From assembly GCA_051294905.1 (NCBI GenBank), contig CM119373.1, positions 5,892,001-5,952,000 of the forward strand: DNA of 60,000 nt, written 5' to 3'. Positions 52,048 to 60,000 of the stretch are shown here, one piece after another. Made by a program: the position numbers and the translations under genes. The DNA is from Botryllus schlosseri (taxonomy: Eukaryota). The stretch's first letter is position 1. The number at the start of each line of letters is the position of its first letter. The notes under the pieces were generated by a model. That model saw only the letters and a program-made list of their open reading frames with translations. It had not been told where the DNA came from and made no database searches.

Positions 52048-54490
52048 GTTGAATTCAACGTCACGTCGATCTCGTTTTTCGGATTTAAGGATTACTGACC
52101 ATCTCCGACCCCGCATATCGTCTTTTCGATTGCAAGTTCGGTGCGATGTTTCGATTACGTGGATTACATGTAGAATATTCGAAATCGACCACAAAGAAAG
52201 TAATGCCAGTGCCACACCACATAAAGATAATTTGTTATTTGTTGTTCATTGCACTGCATGACAATGCTGCGGATTGAACACGACGTCAAAGAAATGCGAT
52301 TCCCATTAATTTACGTTTCGGATGCTGTTATACTACAGATCCTGGTATCAAGGTTTCCCCATTGGGAAAAAGTATCGAAACTATGTATCTCGTTGGTAAT
52401 ATAACTTTTACTAGAAAGGGGGGCGTATTGTTTTAGTATAGTCTCACTGCTCTACTCGAATCAGAGCAATTACTATTAGATTAGAATGTAGTACTCGAGT
52501 CAATGAGGCAGTTGACAATCAATTTGGCATTTGGTAGTTGCAGTCATAAACTAATTTTCGAAATAATAATAAAGTTCAAGAAATGGCAATTTCCTTTTCT
52601 GGCCGTATATGCCTACAAGAGTGAGAATGGGAGCCGCTGAACCATTTTCATATTGACTCCTCTCGCTCTCTCTCCCAGCCTCCATATCTCATAGTTTTAG
52701 TGATCTCCATGAAGCCATAGTGTCCTATATGCCGGTCCGTAACAGCACTTCGTCAGCCCCCCACCCCCCACCCTCCCAACCGTTGGTCTTGGGCCTCAAA
52801 TAGGGTGATAGAACGAACTTCTAGAGGGCTTCGTCCAGGCTATTCGCTGTTTACCGCTACTTGTCATCTACGTTGTGTGTTCGTTTAGTGAGTCAGCGCG
52901 TGAAATTTCTGTAAGTCATGATTGAATCGGACAGTGTGATCTGGAATTGCATATATATTGCTATCAATTTTATCCTCTCTCTGTTCACGTAATCTGATTT
53001 ACCGGTAGAGCTGAGTGAGGTGTGTTTGAAAAGGTAGGATCCCTCAATAATCATTAAAAATCGTCAGGTGTATACCCGTTGGCAGGTACAAAACAGCAAT
53101 ACGTTAGGCCACCCCAAAAAACTTGAGTCTTGGGCTCAAACCAATAAACCGACCCCCGATCGCGATGTTTGCCATTGCCGCGAAATTATAGTTGTATACT
53201 GTCTAGTGAGCTAGCGCGAAAGCGGAAAATTTCGATAATTCATGATAATATCGGTCAATAAGATCGGGAATTGCATATATATTGCTATCTATTTCATGTC
53301 CTCTCTGCTCATGTAATCAGATTTACCGATAGAGCGGAGTGAGGCCGGACCTGTAGGTATGACTTCGTTACATGATGTTATTTCGTGACCTCCGGTCAGC
53401 TATACAGAAATATAGAATCGCCCAAACGTACTAAACTAAACTAACAGATCACACGATTTCAAATTGGCATTTCGTCACTGACATATAATTTTTACCTGCG
53501 GGATGGTCGGCTATTTGTCTTGTCAGGTTCAGATTGCTACGACAATCGCGCGAAGCGCGAAATGTTTTTTGTAAAAGTCGCATAGATTTTCAAAAAATAC
53601 TCTATAATTTTCTATAATCTAAAGTAATTTTAGGCCCCTTTGAGCTCGCCTCCCCGATTGGGGGGTTTGGGGTGCAGCAGTTACGGTCCTGCTTATATGG
53701 CGTGGATACAAGCAAATCTCACGGCTCAGTGAAATTGTTCTACGTCACACTTTCCATTTGGTCAAAGTCAATTTGACGGTAATTTTCGACGGGCTTGCCG
53801 AGTATTAAATTGGATAAGACAGATATCAATCGAAAGCTATTGTGGTACTGATTGCGAAAACATAAATTTTATTAACATCGTGGTCTTGGAACCCACCAAA
53901 ATCCGCCTAGAATGTTGCATTGCAACGGAGTTTGGTATTGTGACGCAACCACGGCGTCTGCGTGCTGGTTTAGGAGCAAGGGCGCACGAGACTCGGAGAT
54001 GCCTAATCGGTTGCGTAATAATGACCAATGAGCTTGAGGTTTTCTCTGCCGCTCATCCGCTCCCAGATGGCATAGTTGCGTCACAATAGCATACTCCGTC
54101 ACCATTTAGGACACTATGGTTTCATCATAGTGTCCTATATGGTGTGGACACTAGCAAATCTCACGGCTCAGTGAAATTGGTCTACGTCACACTTTCCATT
54201 TGGTCAAAGGCAATTTGACTGTAATTTTTGACCGGCTTGCCGAGCATTAAATTTAATGGAAAGCTGCTGCTGTACTGATTACGAAAATATAAATTTTATT
54301 CTGCGCATGGTTCTGGAGCCCCCAAAATCAGCCTCGAATTTTTCATTGTGATCGAGTTTGGCATTGTGATGCAACAATACTGTCTGGCTCTTTCTTCTTA
54401 GCTTTGCTCTCCTTTTGACAGACAGAATTGTTACGTGACAATGCCAAACTCGATCACAATGCAAAATTCGAGGCTTGTTTTTAGGGGTGG

Positions 54491-55155
54491 AGGAAAGGAA
54501 AGGACGTAGTTTATTCTTGTCCTTGATGTTTACACCGACTCATGATACACATACACACGATCTGTGCATATACATACCATGAGTGCATGATGTACATATG
54601 CCGTTGGACAAGGAAGTGCAGATATAGTAGGCTTACCATTTTGGAAATCTAAAATGAGGACACTTTTTCAGAAATTTGAGACTTGCAAAACCGGAGAACC
54701 AATTCTCAAAAATCGGTGAATTTTTCGGCTCAGAGCCCAAAATACCGCTTCAAAAAAAGGCCATCCTTTCACTCAGAGCTCAAAATACCGTTTGAGCGTC
54801 ACTGCTGTGCTAATTTACAGCATATCACTCGCATTTTTTTCTAAATCTGACCTAAATTTTCAAAAAAGAGGACAAAATCTCAAAAAAGAGGACAAAAGGG
54901 CGTCCTCCGAGGACACTTTCAAAAAAGTCAAAAAAGAGGACAAATCCTCTTAAAAGAGGACGTATGGTAACGCTAAGATATAGCCTTTGCGGCTTTCTAA
55001 GTCATGCACCACCGCTCTATGCTATCCCAGTAATGCATGAGCGCCAGCAGGGAAGTCATGGATACCAGTGTTACTAATCAGGTCTTTGGTCTGACCCGGT
55101 CGGGGATCGAACCCACGACCTACCGGACGCTTCACCATTACGCTATCTTGTCGGT
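54491..55155 (-). mobile_element. tRNA-derived SINE, interrupted by a hAT MITE
   Basis: A box TAGCGTAATGG, B box GGTTCGATCCC, (TTCCT)n tail; truncated sibling at 3393-3570. Confidence 0.78.
54628..54975. mobile_element. hAT (Blackjack-like) MITE with GAGGAC arrays
   Basis: TAGGCTTACCAT...ATGGTAACGCTA; perfect TSD agatatag; empty site visible in the SINE copy near 3440. Confidence 0.9.
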
Positions 55156-55523
55156 GGGGAGGGTGGATGGCATGGAGGGCCCCCTGAGCAGAAGAAAGTT
55201 TATGTTTTCGTAATCAGTACAACAGCAGATTTCCAGTGATATCAACTTTAGCGCTCGGCAAGCCGGTCAAAAATCGCCGTAAAGTTGCCTTTGGTCAAAT
55301 GGAAAGTATGACGTAATCCCATATGCAATGAACCGTTCAATATCGCTGTGTCCACACCGTAGGACACTGCAATAGAACAATATGATGCCGCAGATGAATG
55401 TCGCAAATCTCTTTCTGAGTAATCACAGCGGCATATCTCCGAAAGAAAGAGACGTTGTTGACTTGATACCAAACAAATGTAGCCCATGTGTGATTTATAA
55501 TCAGATGACCATTGTTTTCGGCG

Positions 55524-55606
55524 GGCAGAATGGCCGAGTGGTCTAAGGCGCTGCGTTCAGGTCGCAGTCTCCGCTGGAGGCGTGGGTTCGAATCCCACTT
55601 CTGTCA
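55524..55606 (+). tRNA. tRNA-Leu(CAG): tRNA-Leu, anticodon CAG
   Basis: Acceptor stem GGCAGAA/TTCTGTC, D loop TGGCCGAGTGGTCTAAGG, anticodon arm CTGCG-TTCAGGT-CGCAG, long variable arm, GGTTCGAATCC T loop, discriminator A, T5 Pol III terminator at 55609-55613. Confidence 0.97.
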
Positions 55607-56298
55607 GCTTTTTGCTACCGAATTTTCCTTAGACCACTTTCTTGTGAGGGTCGTGTTTTCAATACCTTTATTTCTCATGATTACGAAACACAGTAACTCT
55701 TTCGATAACGAGCTAATTCCCTATTACGTCATTCTTGAACGAACCGGAAATAGGTATCTGGTAACGACGCATTTGTCAAAAAATAGATATACTGGTACTT
55801 GCATCGCATAGTATTAATTTTGAATCCTCACACAGCCCATGTGACTAGATATACCTATGGAGTTTCGATAGTATATGGTTGTAAGTTGTGTAGCCAACAT
55901 GTGCTGTACATGTACATTAGGGTTATGACTAAAAATAAATTTTTGCCTGTAGCAGGAATTGATGAACATTTTGGTATGAATTAATAAAATCATAATCATT
56001 TTGTTCAAATCGAAAAAAAAGGTCCCGCACAAACTAACATCAATTTTCGACACTGGTCCAAATATGGGAAAAATTTAAAATTCAAAGATATTCTTTGCTA
56101 AAAATTTAATCTTCAAATATATGTTCTTTTACACTTATTGTAAACTTCATTCATCAATTTGACCTCCCTTTCTATTATTATGTTAGTGCCAGGGACATCT
56201 ACGACGGATATATCCGACTTCCAATGGGGTTTTGGGGCACTTTATCGCTGCAGGACATTCGACCGCAAAGATAGCAGCAAATGATCTTTGGTATATTC

Positions 56299-58072
56299 TA
56301 GAGCCCTACCGATATTGGATTTTTGGGTCGATACCGATAAAACCAATATCTCACACCTTAGCCGATAACCCCAATACATTCAGCCGATATTCAAAAGAAG
56401 TTGGGTGTATACATAAGCACATTTTCAAATCTTCAGAGGGCATTTATTTGAACATCTTTACAGCCATTGTTATACTTGAACATGAAATGAACTAGAAATG
56501 CTGCATCTGGACACCCGTAAAGTGTAAGCTATATGAAATATATCCAGAGGTGGTCAAAGTAGTCAAGAAAGCTACTCAAGTAGAAGTAGAAGTAGCGGCG
56601 AAAAAATCTACTCAAGTAGGAGTAGAAGTACTTTTTCCATAAGCAACCTAAAACTACTTGAAGTAGAAGTGGAATTGACTGACTTTAAAAGTACTCAAGT
56701 AAGTAAGTAGTTGTGAAAACTATCCTAATTTGTTCACATGGATTGTATAAAGGTGCAAATTGAGCTATGCGAAAGGTGACGAGCTTGATTCACATTGATG
56801 CATACCAGCAGCCGGTATCCAATTTTCGATAGCATAAGCATTCGTCCACATCGTGGGATGAAAATGATAGGATTGATATGGAAATGCGATACTTATCCTG
56901 TTTTCGCGAACAGCACGTTTTAAAAAATAGCATGGTATGGCACCATCCCCGATATTATAAGGTCCGTAGTTTAGTCGAAAAGCAATACGGAGAAGTTGTA
57001 TAGGATACGGTGTAAACACTTTGCGCGATTAGTAAACTTTATTAAAAAATATGATGGACCGTAAAAATCCCATATTGCGTAGCTTTATTTCCGGAAATTA
57101 AAGGCATTACTACACTTGCTTTAATACTTCAACATGCATGGTATCTATACCAAAAAACTGATATTAATTATAACTCAAAGTATATGATACTGGGAATTGA
57201 AAATGAAACATAAATACTAGTTCTAAAAGTGGAACACGTTTTTCATGCCTTCAGTCCAGAAAGTATCAACGGTGGTATGCTGAAACAGCTCTAAAACTAA
57301 CAAAAAATATCAGAGTCCACTATTCCAGGTTAGGAAGCGCCATGGACATGCTAGATTACGATATGACAAGTAATTAAATGCTGGATTGCGAAATATCAGT
57401 TTCAAACGTTATGATGAGCCATATATACTGCGATAAATTATTTCATATGCGCGAAGGGCGACAATGTGGTGTGGACTTAGGGATATCTAGATAAATATAA
57501 CTCTAGATATCCCTGTGTGAATGAAATCACGCCAACCCGATACCTAAATTATATTCATCGATACTTTCGTGAAATCATACTGGTAACGCCCTATCCACTG
57601 CGCGCGAAGCGCGACGGAAATTCTGGCCTTTACTCATAACTTTTATGGAAATCAAATGTTGGTACTCCGTGAAAACAGCCCCGGAATTCCTCAGACTATA
57701 TACCTTATTGAAAGATTGAACTACTTCTACTTGACAAACTGAAACTAGCGAAAAGTAAGTAAGTAGATCACAAAATATTATGAAGTAGAAGTAGCGAAAA
57801 TCAGATCTACTTGAGTAAGTACCAGAAGTAGAGGAAAACTACTTGAGTACTTCGAAAAAGTAGAAGTACTTCGTTACTGACCACCTCTGAATATATCAAT
57901 ATTCTCAGTCTAGCGATCAAAGATTATAGTTTTCTGGCTTCCTTCCGCCATGTTGTGACGTCACACGCAAATTGCCGTTAATTTTTCAACTCCAATGGCC
58001 GATACCGATAATTCTTTTAAAGTGTGATATCGTCTCGATATTATCGACGAACCGAAAATCGGTCGGGCTCTA
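56299..58072. mobile_element. hAT-type MITE with CCGATA arrays (host of nested element)
   Basis: TAGAGCCC...GGGCTCTA; perfect TSD gtatattc. Confidence 0.9.
56545..57889. mobile_element. hAT-type MITE with AGTAG/CTACT arrays
   Basis: TIR CAGAGGTGGTCA; perfect TSD aatatatc. Confidence 0.92.
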
Positions 58073-58591
58073 GTATATTCCATCCTTAGACATCCTGGTT
58101 AGAATACCAGTCTTCCTGACGCGCATTTGCGATAAATAAGCATCTCCAGAGTAATTCTCTATCTGGGGAAGTGGAAGTACGCAACGCATCCCTTGAGCAC
58201 CCTCTCGCATTGCGTAGAGATGGAAGTTTATGCCATTTGATCAGTGGTAATCTATACTATTTTCTTTGAAAGGACGGCATGTTCTGCACATGCCATAGAT
58301 AAACTTAAAATCATCGCTACATCCTCGGTTTTCTAATATTTTCATCTGAAAATACACAGTTTCAAATTTGCAGCTCAAAGCCATTAGAAATCAGTTGTAT
58401 GTCCACTGGTCCAGTTTGTGCACTGTGCAGTCAATAAGTTTAGCTTTATCCAATAAAATTATAAATTATTATTGGGTTGCTTTTACCTTACCCAATTAAC
58501 ATAACCGAGTATTCGGGCGGTAGCTGTAGCACATGTAAGCGTTGTAATGTATCTCTAAGAAAGAGTATCAGTAAACCAATACTACAGTTAC

Positions 58592-58673
58592 CTTTTTCCA
58601 ATTTGTTGGACTTTGCCTCTTTTGCCGATATCTCGCCATTCAGCATAAGTTGTAGTAGGTCGACTCTCGTTGT
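58592..58673 (-). CDS. Cytochrome P450 H-helix exon (further upstream exons not seen in window)
   Basis: tttcag|TTRVDLLQLMLNGEISAKEAKSNKLEK(G)|gtaact; RVDLLQLM resembles CYP3A RVDFLQLM. Confidence 0.85.
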
Positions 58674-60000
58674 CTGAAAACACGCGAAACGACTTTATAT
58701 GTGTCGTGTGTGAGTGCTGATGCAACAAAATATAAATAGAATAAGCATGGGCGTTGGACTACACAGACGAAATACGTTGTCCTATTTGTATTATTCAAGT
58801 ATATTTTGTGTACTTGCACTACGTTTTGTTTTAAAACTACTGAGATTTTTATTTCTAGCCAAATTACTTAGTTTCTACATTCCAGATTTTGTCGTGTAGT
58901 ATAGAGTTACTTTCGCACGTTCATTATTACTCGCACTTGAAGTAGCTTTGAGATGCTTTGGGAATCACTGGCTGTACTTGTAATTGAATATAACTTTGCC
59001 CACGGCGTCACATTATATCCCCTTTCTTTGCTTTGCATTACACTAATATCAGTTACCAGCCTAGAAGCTGTATATCGGCCGGTCATGTAGATCAGGAGTG
59101 GGCAATTATTTTCCTCCGCGAGCCAAATGAGAAGTAGAAAATACGTTGGCGGGCCGAGTGAAATTTTTTAGCTACATTCTCCAGCGTATTTTAATTTTAT
59201 TTCTAAACTACATTGGTAATAAATGCTGCTCAGTGAATCTGTTCATGTCGGGTAATGAAAAAGTGACGGTTATTTAAAAAATATATGTATTTGCCGTCAT
59301 GATTCGAAACAAATGTTGAACATGGAACATTTTTAACTCTCTTCAAACCCCTATCCACTTTCTTCTATTAGGACTATATCAAAGTGGTTCTCAAACTTTT
59401 TTTAGGCACACATCCCTTTATGATAGTGAAAAATTACGCGCCTCTTTATCAATGTTCCCTCTAATTTTTCACGAGTCTGCGTAAACACGCCAATTCACTG
59501 CGCAGGCCCTTGGACAACAGTGCGCAACCAGCCACCCCATAGGGTAATAAACAAAATTTCTGGGGGCTGGGCCCCCCAGACCCCTCGGGGTTCACGCTTT
59601 TTGACGCTATACTGACCATCTACATTTGGTAGATGTAGCGCCTAAACGCGCTTAGCGCGACAAAGTTCTATAATTCATGATTGAATCGGTATTTAGCTGC
59701 CAATTTTTATGCTCTCTCTGCTCACGAAATCAGATTTACCGGTAGAGATGATTGAGTGAGGTGTGTTGGAAAAGGTAGGACCCCTAAATAATAATTATTC
59801 ATCTTCGAGCGTACCCGTTGGTATATTGACTTCATTACGGGATGCTACTTCGTGAATTCAATGCTGTCCACATTTTACCGTCCAAAAATTCTTTCTTAGC
59901 CCATGTAATAAGATTTACTAATAAAGTTGACTGAGATTGTTTTAAAAAAAATTTTAGGGCAAGTTATAAATGATAATGCGTCTTCGGGTGGGCCGAATTG

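Larger units (their letters stand above)
52716..55368. mobile_element. Adjacent unclassified TIR elements with (CAT)AGTGTCCTA termini
   Basis: catagtgtcctatatg at ~52716 and ~54126, taggacact at ~54108 and ~55360; ~170-bp subterminal block repeated at ~53692, ~54135 and inverted at ~55195-55365; TSD not resolved. Confidence 0.55.

Noticed and set aside
55085..55155. Second tRNA gene on the minus strand
   Set aside because: A and B boxes present but no complete cloverleaf, and it continues into a repeated body: SINE head

Overview
Eukaryotic (animal) genomic DNA with short GT-AG introns and a very dense load of non-autonomous DNA transposons. It looks like an invertebrate deuterostome, plausibly an ascidian; this is inferred from gene content and repeat style only. 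Conserved genes: (i) the last seven coding exons of a chondroitin sulfate N-acetylgalactosaminyltransferase (CSGALNACT-type, +, 636-10185); (ii) an intronless, divergent SLC49/FLVCR-like MFS transporter (+, 45259-46653); (iii) the 3' part of a clan-3 (CYP3-like) cytochrome P450 (-, 49985-58673) whose I-helix exon I could not find; (iv) a tRNA-Leu(CAG) gene inside the P450 intron. Between 13.9 and 41.3 kb lies a local triplication carrying three copies of a spliced ~125-127 aa minus-strand gene that I do not recognise. One copy is intact, one has a nonsense codon and one has lost a splice donor. The window also holds an orphan NHL-repeat terminal exon, a 2.6-kb foldback hAT element built from two 3' ends, 28-38 bp TIR-only micro-elements, a fossil CMC/Chapaev-like transposase, a piggyBac-type MITE, a tRNA-derived SINE and many nested hAT MITEs with 8-bp target-site duplications. 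No prokaryotic features and no CRISPR array. Family assignments come from recalled motifs, not database searches.
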